Source of the DNA: a virus
Taxonomy: Duplodnaviria > Caudoviricetes
IMG/VR virus record: IMGVR_UViG_3300021403_000008
Coordinates: 1 to 63,254 of that record
Direction: 5' to 3' (one strand)
Length of the DNA: 63,254 bases
The number at the start of each line of letters is the position of its first letter. Positions within the stretch are counted from its first letter, which is position 1. Below are positions 19,489 to 29,334 of the stretch, in pieces. The notes beneath the pieces were generated by a model. That model worked only from the letters and a program-made list of their open reading frames with translations. It had not been told where the DNA came from and made no database searches. Position numbers and translations under genes: made by a program.

Positions 19489-20218
19489 GACTACTCCAGT
19501 ACTTATCCCATTCGGCCCGTGCGGCCGCTCCACGATATCCCTTTGTGACCTCTCCCCATTTATCCGAGAGGCCCGTATTGACTGACTTCTGCCCGTGGAA
19601 GACTACCCGTGCTACACAATGGCAATGATCGTGTGCCCGGAAATGAACCGACTTCTCTGAATAGACTCCGCCTCGTCCCGCGAGCATCGAGCAGAAGCCA
19701 CACGCTCCCGGAGTGATTACCCGCTCCCAGCCGGAAGCTACCGGGTCATTGACGGCAGCCTGGGTTATGGTATCCCGGCCGCCAAGAAGAGTCATCCGGG
19801 TAGCCGCTCCCCTGAGCCCATCTCGCGCCATCGTAGAAGCCTCCGGAGCGTCGGCCTCTTTGAGGTAATGGAAGAACTGGCCGGCTCCCATTGACTGGAC
19901 CACAGTCTGGAGATATCCCGGACGGAGCGAGACTCCCGGAACCGGGACGGCCGGATACCCGGCCATTACCCGGCTACTCCCATAGTACTGAGCCGCCTCC
20001 GCAGCCGACATGTTGTAATGCTGCTCGATCATTCCCTGGACGAGCGGCGAGAGCCCGTCCCACGACTCCGCGAACTTCGCCGGATTGATTACGCGGTCCC
20101 ATAGGTTCACGATAGCGAGCGCGACCCGCGTAGCAATGAGAGCCTGATTGCTCCGGTACCGATTCAGCAGAGCCGCTGACCCGGCCGCTCGCGATACCGG
20201 GAGCCCAGGCGTACTCAT
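19376..20218 (-). CDS. MuF-like minor head morphogenesis protein
   Basis: GWERV...ACGFCSMLAGRGGVY...HDHCHC; follows portal. Confidence 0.8.
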   Translation of the reverse strand: MSTPGLPVSRAAGSAALLNRYRSNQALIATRVALAIVNLWDRVINPAKFAESWDGLSPLVQGMIEQHYNMSAAEAAQYYGSSRVMAGYPAVPVPGVSLRPGYLQTVVQSMGAGQFFHYLKEADAPEASTMARDGLRGAATRMTLLGGRDTITQAAVNDPVASGWERVITPGACGFCSMLAGRGGVYSEKSVHFRAHDHCHCVARVVFHGQKSVNTGLSDKWGEVTKGYRGAAARAEWDKYWSSHGEPEGTAVTTKAGTGPASVAAESVGRAALPNQAANG

Positions 20219-21768
20219 GGCGTACTCGTATCAGCCGGGACCGGAACGGCTCCGTTGGCCTGAGCGGGAGCGGGAGCCGGAGGCTGCCCGTTAGCCGCCG
20301 CGACTCCCGGAGGGACCGGAGGTGGGTTTACGGTTGCGGCTATGGCCTGCTGGACGAGTGCCTGCGCTTCCTCGCGCTGCTTCGCGAGCCGCCACGCCGC
20401 CACATCGTCGGCCGTGACTCCCGGAATCCTCGCCCACAGTTCCTCTTCCGGAACGCCAAGCATCTGAGCGGCCTTGGTTAGCCCGTCGATAGTCGCGCCA
20501 AAAGCACGAGCCGAAGTATCGCGCCACAGGACCGTCCCGAAGAGATCATTCCATCCCTTCTTGTCTCCGGATGCGAGAGCCGAGAGCCGGAACGTATTCC
20601 GCCACGGGTCCATTAGGAGTGCCTGTAGCTCTTCAACTTTCCGGTCTAGGCCATCCCGCGCAGCGGCTAGCGCTTCGGCCGATAGGTTCGCTATCTGGCC
20701 TAGAAGGTGATACGGAGGGACCTGAGAGATAGTTGACATATGCCGGATACCGTCCTCACGGACTCCGGAGTATGGCGCGAGCGCGGTCTCAGAGAAGTCT
20801 CCGAACTTGGTCCCAGGGTCCTCTGCCGAAAACATCCGGTCTACTCCCGGACGGAATGGCTGAGCCTCGCGGCCTTCCTCGTCCACCGGGCTCATCCCGG
20901 TAACCCACCGCTGTCGGAAGGCGGCGAACTGCTCCGATATCATGAGGTTGAACGTATCAAAATTAATCTGGTCCTGAAGCGGCATTAGCGGCTCGATTTC
21001 ACCGCTACAGTCATCCTCACCGTCTAGGTCGGCCTCATAGAGGAACCGGACGATGGGACATACTCCGAGACCGTGTTCCGCTATCGGGCTCTGGCCCATT
21101 AGCATTGGGTCGGCCGGGTCCGCTAGCTCCAGATTCAGATTCGAGGTCCGGCCGCTCCCGCCCACCTGGCCTGAGAGGATATACCGCATCATCTCGTCAT
21201 AAACCGAGACGTAAATGCGGGACCTCCCGCGAGGAAGGTTTATCATGCGGACCTCGACGGCGAACTGCGGCCATTCGTCATCGACGTCATCCGCGTAGAA
21301 GGCCGTGAGCCGTCGTGGGCTAACCGGCCGGATAACCGGAACGCTATCACCCTGGCGTTCCTCGTCCGTCGCCATCTGGCCCGGAAGCACGACGTTGTAC
21401 GCGGAGCCGTACTTGATGACCGACCTATGGACTCCGTGCTGCCGGGATATCATCCGGTTAGCCCGGAACGCATCCCACTCCGGCTCCGGAGTCTGCGGCA
21501 GGAGAGCCTGATTAGCCGTTGAGCCGGTCGGCCGGTATCCGTCCACATGGAGGTTCTGTGAGATAACCGAGATGATAAGCTTGAGGAAATTCCTCCGGGC
21601 CTTCCTGGCTATCCAGCGGTATTCCGCATTAACTCCCTTGGGCGTATATGGCGGGTCCTGCTTTCCTTTCACGTAGTCGCCAATACGCTGGAGCCGTCGC
21701 TGCTCCCGCTCGCGCTCCAGCATCGCCTGAGTCGTTAGCTGGACTAGCTCATCCGGGTCGATTATCAT
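20215..21768 (-). CDS. Portal protein (SPP1 Gp6-like)
   Basis: LGVCPIVRF, GEIEPL..QDQIN, AFRQRWVTG, NLSAEAL. Confidence 0.93.
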   Translation of the reverse strand: MIIDPDELVQLTTQAMLEREREQRRLQRIGDYVKGKQDPPYTPKGVNAEYRWIARKARRNFLKLIISVISQNLHVDGYRPTGSTANQALLPQTPEPEWDAFRANRMISRQHGVHRSVIKYGSAYNVVLPGQMATDEERQGDSVPVIRPVSPRRLTAFYADDVDDEWPQFAVEVRMINLPRGRSRIYVSVYDEMMRYILSGQVGGSGRTSNLNLELADPADPMLMGQSPIAEHGLGVCPIVRFLYEADLDGEDDCSGEIEPLMPLQDQINFDTFNLMISEQFAAFRQRWVTGMSPVDEEGREAQPFRPGVDRMFSAEDPGTKFGDFSETALAPYSGVREDGIRHMSTISQVPPYHLLGQIANLSAEALAAARDGLDRKVEELQALLMDPWRNTFRLSALASGDKKGWNDLFGTVLWRDTSARAFGATIDGLTKAAQMLGVPEEELWARIPGVTADDVAAWRLAKQREEAQALVQQAIAATVNPPPVPPGVAAANGQPPAPAPAQANGAVPVPADTSTP

Positions 21769-23447
21769 GAGTAGCTCCATACCTTCCGGCCGGACTTCTT
21801 CACCGCTGCCTCTTTCCGCTCTTTGTACTTCTTGGACGCGAGGACGAGACGGCGAGCATGCCTAGCCGTTATCATCGCCACGCAGGCGTCAATCTTATTG
21901 TGGCTCTTGGGCGATTCCTTGCCTATTGATATCCCATAGCGATTCGGACGGCGACGGGCATTAACTACGTGCCGGCCCATTACCGAATCGCCATCATGCT
22001 TAAATCCTCCGGGCTCTGCCTCTATCTCGCCCAGTACCATTTCGCACGCCTGGGTAAACTCCGCGACGTGAGACCGCATATCCCAGGCGACTGGCTGGGG
22101 GTCGCGTCCTCCGGGAACGGCCCACACGTCCAGCGTTTCCTCAAACCATTCACGCCAGGTAATCTTGGTCGACTGCTCCCATTCCTTTACGTCCGCAAAG
22201 AAGGCGCATACGTTGAACCTTTCCTTGGCCGCCGATATCGCCGCGTGTACCTCGTCCGCTGGGATATAGCGAGAGCCGCGCGGTTCCCATATCCCAAGGC
22301 TGAAGGTAAAGCCGCTCGCTATATGGCAGCCGACAAGAGCAGTCGCGTCCTCGACACGGCTTCCGTCGAATGCCATTGCTATATCGTCGCCGTCCTCGAT
22401 ATAGAAATTGGGGTCAGCGAGCCTGGCCCATAGCTGCTGAGTCGTCCAGGCATCCTCCGGGCTCTCCGGCCAGTTCAGGTAAAAGCGCTTGGATACGTCC
22501 AGCTTGGTACGCGGGCTCAGAATCCGGTTCTCAACAATGTCCTCCGGGTTGGCCCAGTAGCAGTCGCCGTAAGCGAATTCCACGGCCTTCCGGATAGAGC
22601 CGACGTCATCCCAGTCAATGTTAGGAGGCGCGAGCCTAGCATCATAGAGGATACGGCCTTTGCCTTTCAGCCGTCCTTCCTCCTGAGCCACCCACGCATC
22701 AAATGTACTCTCGGCTACGGATTCCTTTCCGGGCTCCCACGCATTGCTCGTCTCAAGGATTCGGTTGCCGGACTTACCGACGTTACGGTCCATAACGTCC
22801 GCAAGCGCTACTCCGCCATTGCTCGGATAGAATGATTCCGTCTGGTCGAGAATAGCAAAGGTAACAAGCGCGCCTTCCTCCGTTGTCGGACTCGACGTAA
22901 TTACCATTAGCTGCCCGCCGCCAGGAACGTGGAAAATAGTCTTCCCGGCCTCAACGTCGTAATCCTTCAAAATCCTCGAGTTTTTCGGCAGAAGAGCGCG
23001 GACCATTCGCATGGTATTGATATTGGCCTGATCGTGGCTAGTCGCGCCAATCTGGACCAATGGCATTGATACTTTCTTACCGACGCAGCCGCCTATCACA
23101 TTAGGGTCGTAATGGTCCAGCCGAACCGGAGCTAGCAATTCAATCATTGATAGCACGGCCGCGAACGGAGATTTGCCTGCGCCTTTCGGCCACCTCCGGA
23201 CTCCGTGGTAATAGACCCAGCGAGCGTAGTTAAGATTGATAAGCCGCTCGTCCGGGTCAAGCGCATACCACCACAGGATAAAGCGCACCTGGGACTCTAT
23301 GAATTCCCAGCGCTCTCCCGCATTCGGCCCGTCAGGCTGCCGGAGGTATTTGGAAGCCCAATGAATGGCTTCCCAGCCTAGCGTTAGGCTGGGAACACCT
23401 TCCGGCAGCGTGACGAGCCTATCCCTTGGTGCTAGGAGTGCTGGCAC
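21765..23447 (-). CDS. terL: Terminase large subunit
   Basis: KGAGKSP Walker A, AILDQ Walker B variant, FDGS..DATALV, KIDACVA. Confidence 0.95.
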   Translation of the reverse strand: MPALLAPRDRLVTLPEGVPSLTLGWEAIHWASKYLRQPDGPNAGERWEFIESQVRFILWWYALDPDERLINLNYARWVYYHGVRRWPKGAGKSPFAAVLSMIELLAPVRLDHYDPNVIGGCVGKKVSMPLVQIGATSHDQANINTMRMVRALLPKNSRILKDYDVEAGKTIFHVPGGGQLMVITSSPTTEEGALVTFAILDQTESFYPSNGGVALADVMDRNVGKSGNRILETSNAWEPGKESVAESTFDAWVAQEEGRLKGKGRILYDARLAPPNIDWDDVGSIRKAVEFAYGDCYWANPEDIVENRILSPRTKLDVSKRFYLNWPESPEDAWTTQQLWARLADPNFYIEDGDDIAMAFDGSRVEDATALVGCHIASGFTFSLGIWEPRGSRYIPADEVHAAISAAKERFNVCAFFADVKEWEQSTKITWREWFEETLDVWAVPGGRDPQPVAWDMRSHVAEFTQACEMVLGEIEAEPGGFKHDGDSVMGRHVVNARRRPNRYGISIGKESPKSHNKIDACVAMITARHARRLVLASKKYKERKEAAVKKSGRKVWSYS

Positions 23448-23607
23448 TCTTCGCCTTCCGCTCGCGAGCTATCCGGCCGACCTTTCCCTGGATCACTTCG
23501 GCCGGGTCCTCTAGGTCCGGCACATAGCTGTCCGAGATGATATCTCCCGGATGATAAGGCTCGCCAGTATCCAATGGCGGCGAGTCTGGCGGCAGTTCCC
23601 TTGTCAT
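23419..23607 (-). CDS. Hypothetical protein
   Basis: ATGA overlap and AGGAGG RBS. Confidence 0.5.
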   Translation of the reverse strand: MTRELPPDSPPLDTGEPYHPGDIISDSYVPDLEDPAEVIQGKVGRIARERKAKSASTPSTKG

Positions 23608-24989
23608 CCCTGTCCTCCTAGGTGATCGGTTACGTAATCCCCAAAGTACTTAGCCGGAGCGCGCGGCTTAGACGATAGCACGTATTCCGTCCATAGCTCC
23701 GCGAACATCTCATTCTGATTACTTGAGCCGTACCTCGAAACGTACTGGCTTATAGCAGACTTATTCCGGCTAATCCACGCACCGACATTCATGCGAGGAA
23801 CAAACCGCGTCTCCGTAGATGGAAGCGATGGGTCACTCCATCCCGGAACCGGCCTCGTTACCATTGCGTCGGAAGTCTTCGGCTGGGTTACCGCGTTGGT
23901 ATATCCTCCGGCCTCGTGGTTGATAGCGTCCGCGAAGCCGCGCCAGAATTCCTGTTCCTTCGGGTCATCGGTATTCGGCTGGTGCCGGCTAGTCGAGATA
24001 ATCCCGTGCTTCATTATCATGCCGTGAACGCCATGGCCGTATTCGTGGATCATGACGTTAGTCGCGAGGTCGTGTTCCGGGTCTGTCTTAGGCCACCAAC
24101 CCGAATTCACGGAATGCTCTAGGACGGCCTGCGTGTTATTCCCAATCAGCACATCCGGCTTTATGTGGAGCGTATTCCCGGAGCCGGTATGGGAAGCGAG
24201 CGCACGGCCTCGCCGGCCATGAGGAGCCTTTGTAACGGTGACTTCCGTCTTGGATACCATATCCGGAGTATGCCGGGCCTGAATAGTCGAGGCGTGAAGA
24301 ACCTTCTGCCTCATCCTCTTCTTGTTCTCAGCATTATCCTGAACCCTGACAAGAAGCTCTTTCGGATGGGCCACGCCTCCGGGCTGAATGGTCTTCCGGA
24401 GTACGTCCGGCTTTACGCCGCCAATGTGATGCTTCTTATCCTGGATCGCGAGCGCGGCCGAATTCTCGGAGCCATAGACCATCTTGGTCCGGCCGATCTG
24501 AACCTCATACCTTCCGTTACCCACTCCGGTAACGCCAACGCCATTGATCCCAATCCTCTGCCCTTGCCCGATATCCCGGAGCCGGTCTGTTATCTCCGAG
24601 AAATTCATTGTGGACGGAGGCGACGGAGCCGGAGCCTTCGGAGGCGACGGAGCTGGAGGCGACGGAGCCGCACCGCTATGGCTCCCGGAATGGAGAGCCG
24701 CTGCGGCTTCCTCCGGCGTGTCGTAGGTCCGGGTATCGCGCTTGCCCTTATCGGAGGTCTTGAGCTTTACCCGGTACTTGTGGCCTTCCTCAGCCGGACG
24801 GTCTACCCAATGGCCGTTAACGGTCTTGCCTTTGCCTTCGGGAATAGACCGGACCTTAGCGAGGACTCCCTCATGAGTCTGCTCTCCGGCCGCCTCGTGG
24901 GACATTCGTTCTAGGGCTGCGCCGCCTTTGGTCCATTTACCGCTGCGGTCGCGAAGCTCTCTCGATACGTCGTGAAGAAGATTAGCCAC
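23604..24989 (-). CDS. Putative virion cargo protein with C-terminal zincin metallopeptidase
   Basis: N-terminal RDxSGKWxKGG motif; HEYGH and NQNEMFAE zincin signature. Confidence 0.7.
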   Translation of the reverse strand: MANLLHDVSRELRDRSGKWTKGGAALERMSHEAAGEQTHEGVLAKVRSIPEGKGKTVNGHWVDRPAEEGHKYRVKLKTSDKGKRDTRTYDTPEEAAAALHSGSHSGAAPSPPAPSPPKAPAPSPPSTMNFSEITDRLRDIGQGQRIGINGVGVTGVGNGRYEVQIGRTKMVYGSENSAALAIQDKKHHIGGVKPDVLRKTIQPGGVAHPKELLVRVQDNAENKKRMRQKVLHASTIQARHTPDMVSKTEVTVTKAPHGRRGRALASHTGSGNTLHIKPDVLIGNNTQAVLEHSVNSGWWPKTDPEHDLATNVMIHEYGHGVHGMIMKHGIISTSRHQPNTDDPKEQEFWRGFADAINHEAGGYTNAVTQPKTSDAMVTRPVPGWSDPSLPSTETRFVPRMNVGAWISRNKSAISQYVSRYGSSNQNEMFAELWTEYVLSSKPRAPAKYFGDYVTDHLGGQG

Positions 24990-26424
24990 GGACGTGCCCT
25001 ATCTCTTTGAGCTTCGCCTGCCGGTATCTTCTTGCTATCTCATCCTTTATCGCTTGCGGGCTGCCGGGCTTCTTAGCGGCATTCTGAAGCTGCCTGTCTG
25101 ACATCGACGTAATAAGCGCTCCATTGTACCGGGTAGTCTCTCCGGTCGCAGCCGGGCTCTCCGGGACTCCACCCATAGGCCCGGAATGAATAGTTACGCC
25201 GCCTCGTCCTTTGTTCTCGACTTCCACACGAGCCTTCTCACGGGCCTGAATCTTAGCGAGCAATGCCCGCTGATCCTGAGTTATCGTCCCACGAGCCTTA
25301 GCAAGCCTTTCCTCGTGGTCCTTGATAGCGTCGGCCGCTGCCCGGCCCTGCGGCGCTTCAAGGTCAGAGCCGGGCTTTGGCCGGCCTCCGTACCCGCCTC
25401 CGTGAATGGCCTTCCGGTAGGATTCCTTGTGGGCTGCCACTACCTCCGGATGCTTCAGATCATAGGTGTAGCCGACCGTCCGGTAAGAGCCAACGGAGAT
25501 ATTGCCAGTCCGGCCGCGCTTCTGGCTCAGGTAGTCGCGATACCGGAGCGTTGCTATATGGCCTTCCTTTGCGCTCCATATCTCAATGTTAGGCTTGCCC
25601 TTATCACCTTTCAGCCCAGGGTCGTCGGCCGGAGCGTAATGCGCGGAGTATCCCATTGGGAGCCCGCGAACCGGAGCCTTGATCCCTGGCTCTTTCTTGC
25701 CGGACTGAGGGATGTTGATATTCCGGACATTCGCCGTTCCGGACTGGACCTCAATCCTCCGCGTCTGCTGTGGCCCGGCCGGAGCCTCGCCGTGGACCTT
25801 GAACTTGGTATTGTTTGAGACCTCGTATTTGCCGTCCTTGTGATGGACGATAGTCGAGGCCGTGTGGTATATCCCTTGGCTATACCGGACGCCACCAGAA
25901 CGGCTCCCGGCTCCCGACTTCTCCAGCTTGGTTATCTCGTGCGGGCCGGACGGAGCCTGCCAGTGGCCGGAGCTTACCGTCATGCCCGGCTTCAGCTCTC
26001 CGGCGCGTACCTCCCGGAGGCCCGCATTTGGTTTCTCCGGTGCGGCGGGAGCCTTACCCGGCCGCGAGCCCGCTACGCCGCGAGCGGCTGCCTCCGTTGC
26101 GGGAGAGGTATGGCTACCCGTGTGGAGAGCGTGGGCCGCGTCCTCCGCGCTGGCATAGGTCCGGGTATCCCGGCCACGCTCTCCCGGCTTCTTCAGCTTG
26201 ACCCGGAATTTGCCGCCTTCCGTGGCCGGCCGGTCTACCCAGTGGCCGTTGACTTGCTTCCCGGCTCCGGGCTTAACCGACTGGACCTGGGCTAGGGTCC
26301 TCTCATGGCCTCCGGCCTTCGCCTCGTCCACAAGACGATGGAGGACCTGCCCGCCTTTGGACCATTTCCCGGAGTGTGGGTCGCGAAGCTCTCCGGATAC
26401 GTCATGCGCGAGGCCGGTAGCCAT
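24982..26424 (-). CDS. Putative virion cargo protein, N-terminal paralogue of 23604..24989
   Basis: Shares ~105 aa N-terminal domain; unrelated basic C-terminus. Confidence 0.7.
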   Translation of the reverse strand: MATGLAHDVSGELRDPHSGKWSKGGQVLHRLVDEAKAGGHERTLAQVQSVKPGAGKQVNGHWVDRPATEGGKFRVKLKKPGERGRDTRTYASAEDAAHALHTGSHTSPATEAAARGVAGSRPGKAPAAPEKPNAGLREVRAGELKPGMTVSSGHWQAPSGPHEITKLEKSGAGSRSGGVRYSQGIYHTASTIVHHKDGKYEVSNNTKFKVHGEAPAGPQQTRRIEVQSGTANVRNINIPQSGKKEPGIKAPVRGLPMGYSAHYAPADDPGLKGDKGKPNIEIWSAKEGHIATLRYRDYLSQKRGRTGNISVGSYRTVGYTYDLKHPEVVAAHKESYRKAIHGGGYGGRPKPGSDLEAPQGRAAADAIKDHEERLAKARGTITQDQRALLAKIQAREKARVEVENKGRGGVTIHSGPMGGVPESPAATGETTRYNGALITSMSDRQLQNAAKKPGSPQAIKDEIARRYRQAKLKEIGHVRG

Positions 26425-26433
26425 TGGATTCCC

Positions 26434-26727
26434 CTAGCTATAGCAGATGACTATTCCGAGAGGCGGCGCACCCGTCCCAAGGAAGATCACATTGGCGCGG
26501 ACCTCGCGCCGCGCGTGGTGATAAGAGGCCGAAGCCCAGTTGGGCCCGCTCACGCGGTCCTGTTCCGCCCAGGTCGTGCCGTCTGCGCTCGTCTCCAGCG
26601 CCACGGTACAGTCCGGAGCGGAGCTAATCACCTTCATCGTGAAATTCCGGTGGGTATTCCCGGAGCCCGCATCGACGGGTCCGGCAACGGCTCCGGTAGC
26701 CGACGCGGTGAAACTCTTCTGGCCCAT
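26434..26727 (-). CDS. Small beta-sandwich structural-like protein
   Basis: VALETSADGTTW...VRANV pattern; AGGAGG RBS. Confidence 0.6.
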   Translation of the reverse strand: MGQKSFTASATGAVAGPVDAGSGNTHRNFTMKVISSAPDCTVALETSADGTTWAEQDRVSGPNWASASYHHARREVRANVIFLGTGAPPLGIVICYS

Positions 26728-26739
26728 TGTCCGGTCCTC

Positions 26740-27111
26740 CTAGGAGCTTCGCGTGAACTGGTGGGGATGGGCCAGTGTGTACTCGCCTTTGTCCCCAGCC
26801 GGTATGATGGACTTCTTGTCGTCCCCAAGGACGAGCGGGACGAGCACGCCGGAGCCGTCATCTCCGAAGGCGATGATAAGCTCCGGAGAGCCATTCTCCC
26901 ACGTGAGATACCAGCCCTGGCTGTTGGATACCATTCCGTCTCCACTTCCTCCCTCACCGGCAGAGCCGGTATCGCCTTTGTCGCCTTTGTCGCCTTTTGG
27001 CCCTGCTGGTCCCGTGGAACCGGCTGGCCCCTGAGGTCCGGTCGCGCCGGTAGCTCCCGGAGGTCCCTGTGGTCCGGGAGGTCCCTGCGGGCCTTCTGGT
27101 CCTTCTGTCAT
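26740..27111 (-). CDS. Collagen-like protein
   Basis: Uninterrupted Gly-X-Y run (GPEGPQGPP...GDKGDKGDT). Confidence 0.85.
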   Translation of the reverse strand: MTEGPEGPQGPPGPQGPPGATGATGPQGPAGSTGPAGPKGDKGDKGDTGSAGEGGSGDGMVSNSQGWYLTWENGSPELIIAFGDDGSGVLVPLVLGDDKKSIIPAGDKGEYTLAHPHQFTRSS

Positions 27112-27113
27112 TC

Positions 27114-27587
27114 CTATCTCCCTGTCTGGTATTGCCGGAGCCGCGCGAGGACGGCCTTGCTCGTTGTAGCCGATTTGCCGGATGCCGTCGCCGGAGCGGG
27201 TGCTCCACGGGCCGGAGTCCTCGTCCCGGCCGCAGTACCAAGCGCGACCGCTCGCGTGTGGCCGGAGACGACACGGGCCTGAGCGGCCTGAGCCGACTTC
27301 GCTTTCAGGCTAGCCGTCCGGGCCTTAGCCAGAGCCGCGCGCTTCCTCTGGGCCATTATAGAGCGCGCTAGAGTCTGTACGTGGGCGGCCTGGCGCTGAG
27401 CCGGAGTGAGCCGGGTATTCGCTAGGGCCTTCGCTCGCGCCGCTGCGATCTGAGCCTGAGCCGCCTGGATCATGGACTCCGGAATGGGAACGTAGCCGAC
27501 TACGGTAGCCGGAGCGGCTGGGGCTCCGGAGCCAGCGCCGAACTTGCCTCCGGCCTGCCGGGTCTGCTTCGCCGGATTGTAACTCAC
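27114..27587 (-). CDS. Basic Ala-rich protein with N-terminal YNP..RxxGGKF motif
   Basis: GTG start after GGAG; motif resembles N-termini of 23604 and 24982 proteins. Confidence 0.6.
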   Translation of the reverse strand: MSYNPAKQTRQAGGKFGAGSGAPAAPATVVGYVPIPESMIQAAQAQIAAARAKALANTRLTPAQRQAAHVQTLARSIMAQRKRAALAKARTASLKAKSAQAAQARVVSGHTRAVALGTAAGTRTPARGAPAPATASGKSATTSKAVLARLRQYQTGR

Positions 27588-27990
27588 GGACCACTCCCAG
27601 CCTATGGTGCCAGTCGATAACGGCCTTGTCTGCGGCTTCCTCGTCCGCGTCTGCGGGCTCCGGAGCCTCAAGATCAATCCGGGAGCGCTTGCGGTCGGTA
27701 ATCGTCGCGCCTAGTCGTTCACTAAGCCGGACGAATGAGCCAAGGGTTGAGGCGTTGTGCGTCTTGAAGAAGATATCATAGGCTTCGGCCGCACAGATAG
27801 CAGTGGCCCAGTCGCTGGCTTCATAGAAGGCGGCCTGCCCGGAAAGCGCGAGCGAGCGATACCAGCTCTGGGCCTGCGGGCACCAGCGCTCGCTCGCGGT
27901 AGGAATGACCGGAGGCTTTCTCGACTGGCCTCGATTGACGACGACAATGACTGGATCGTCCGGCTCCGGATTCCCTGGCTTACGCGGCAT
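27325..27990 (-). CDS. terS: Terminase small subunit
   Basis: WYRSLALSGQAAFYEASDW...LGATITDRKRSRI actinophage TerS pattern. Confidence 0.8.
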   Translation of the reverse strand: MPRKPGNPEPDDPVIVVVNRGQSRKPPVIPTASERWCPQAQSWYRSLALSGQAAFYEASDWATAICAAEAYDIFFKTHNASTLGSFVRLSERLGATITDRKRSRIDLEAPEPADADEEAADKAVIDWHHRLGVVRELQSGEADPAGRRQVRRWLRSPSRSGYRSRLRSHSGVHDPGGSGSDRSGASEGPSEYPAHSGSAPGRPRTDSSALYNGPEEARGSG

Positions 27991-28191
27991 TACCACCACC
28001 CAGCGATATGTCCCACTGCTATCGTTATCACGATAAAGCAGCCGGTGGAGATCATGACGAATATCTCGATCAGAGTAAATCGCCTCACTGCCAGAATCCT
28101 TTCCCGATATAGAGCAGAGTCCCACAGAACGCGAGGAAGCCTCCGAGCACGAGGCTAGCGAGTGCTATTAGCAGCATGGCCCACCATGGCA

Positions 28192-28950
28192 TTAGCCGGT
28201 CCCTCCCTTAGTGATAATCGAGAGGTTCCGGAGCGTGAATGGTAGCGTCCGGCCGCCAGTCCCGGCTATCTCAAAGCCAAAGGGAATCGCGGTAAGCCCA
28301 AGGTGCGGGCTCATGTAGTGGCGATGGACGAGCCAGCGAGCGGCGCTGAGGATATGGACCGTTCCCTTTGACTCGTTATGGTTGAGCTTAAATACGAATT
28401 CCGGAGGGTCATTCTTGCCGCCTGGATATTCGTACACGCCGAAGGTCTGGCCGTAGATGCGAGCCCGGCCAAGGAACCGGCTTCCGTCGAGGCTCCGGTT
28501 CACGGTGTTGACCCAGATCATCAATTCGAGCTTGGTATCCCAGCCATTCCCCCACCATACGTCGTAAGCGGCCTCCGCGCTTAGTCCTCTGCCCTTTGGC
28601 ATCGTCACAGCGAAGTGGCTCACGATCCTCCGGAAGCTGGAGTATGGATCCTGCTTCCGATTCGTGGCCGGCCCATAGACGCGCTGGGAGTCCGGGAACG
28701 TCTCGACGGCTGTGCCGCGCTGATTAGACCACGCAGTCCACGAGTGATAAGAGTGGGCGCATATCTTCTGAGGACCATGGCCGCCACTCCAGGCGTCATT
28801 CTGGATAAACCAGCGACCAAAGCCGGGCTGCCACGTCGATTCGCTCCCGGACCCACAGAAAGCCCATTGAGAGGCATTTGCCGGGCCGGGAATGACGAAT
28901 GAAAGGATCACGAGAAAGGCTGCAGCGAAAGCACTGGCAACAGCTCGCAC
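28192..28950 (-). CDS. Secreted glycoside hydrolase family 12-like protein
   Basis: Signal peptide ending ANA; IQNDAW, AAYDVW, ELMIW and FGFEI with both catalytic Glu. Confidence 0.75.
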   Translation of the reverse strand: MRAVASAFAAAFLVILSFVIPGPANASQWAFCGSGSESTWQPGFGRWFIQNDAWSGGHGPQKICAHSYHSWTAWSNQRGTAVETFPDSQRVYGPATNRKQDPYSSFRRIVSHFAVTMPKGRGLSAEAAYDVWWGNGWDTKLELMIWVNTVNRSLDGSRFLGRARIYGQTFGVYEYPGGKNDPPEFVFKLNHNESKGTVHILSAARWLVHRHYMSPHLGLTAIPFGFEIAGTGGRTLPFTLRNLSIITKGGTG

Positions 28951-29010
28951 ACCCAGTTGGCGTATGCGTCTAGGTCGGGAGCCTGCATCCGGCTGGGGGT
29001 CCTCCCCCAC

Positions 29011-29066
29011 CCCGGAGGTCCCCCACGGGAGGACCCGCACGGAGGACCCGGCACGGGAGGTCCCGG
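29011..29066. repeat. Four tandem ~14 bp repeats CACGG(G)AGGWCCC
   Basis: Copies start at about 29011, 29024, 29038, 29052. Confidence 0.75.
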
Positions 29067-29334
29067 ACTGGCGCATTAGCCCACGCACAATGGCAAGGTA
29101 CTCCCCTGGGGCAGGAAGTCCCTTGGCTATTGGGAGTACCTTCATCACAGGCAGACCTTCCTATTCAATGGGAGCCTTCCTTTCACTAGCGAGCCTTACT
29201 CCACCAGCGCTTAGGAATCCCTAGCATAGGGAGGCATAGCGCACCGATAAGGATTGCGTACCCAATCAAGGGGAGTACAGTTTTCATACGGGCCTTCTTT
29301 CTGATAACTAATTCCTGCCGGAGTACCTAACCGA

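Noticed and set aside
28951-29148. N-terminal extension of the GH12 ORF to 29148
   Set aside because: It crosses the repeat region, and the signal peptide begins at GTG 28950
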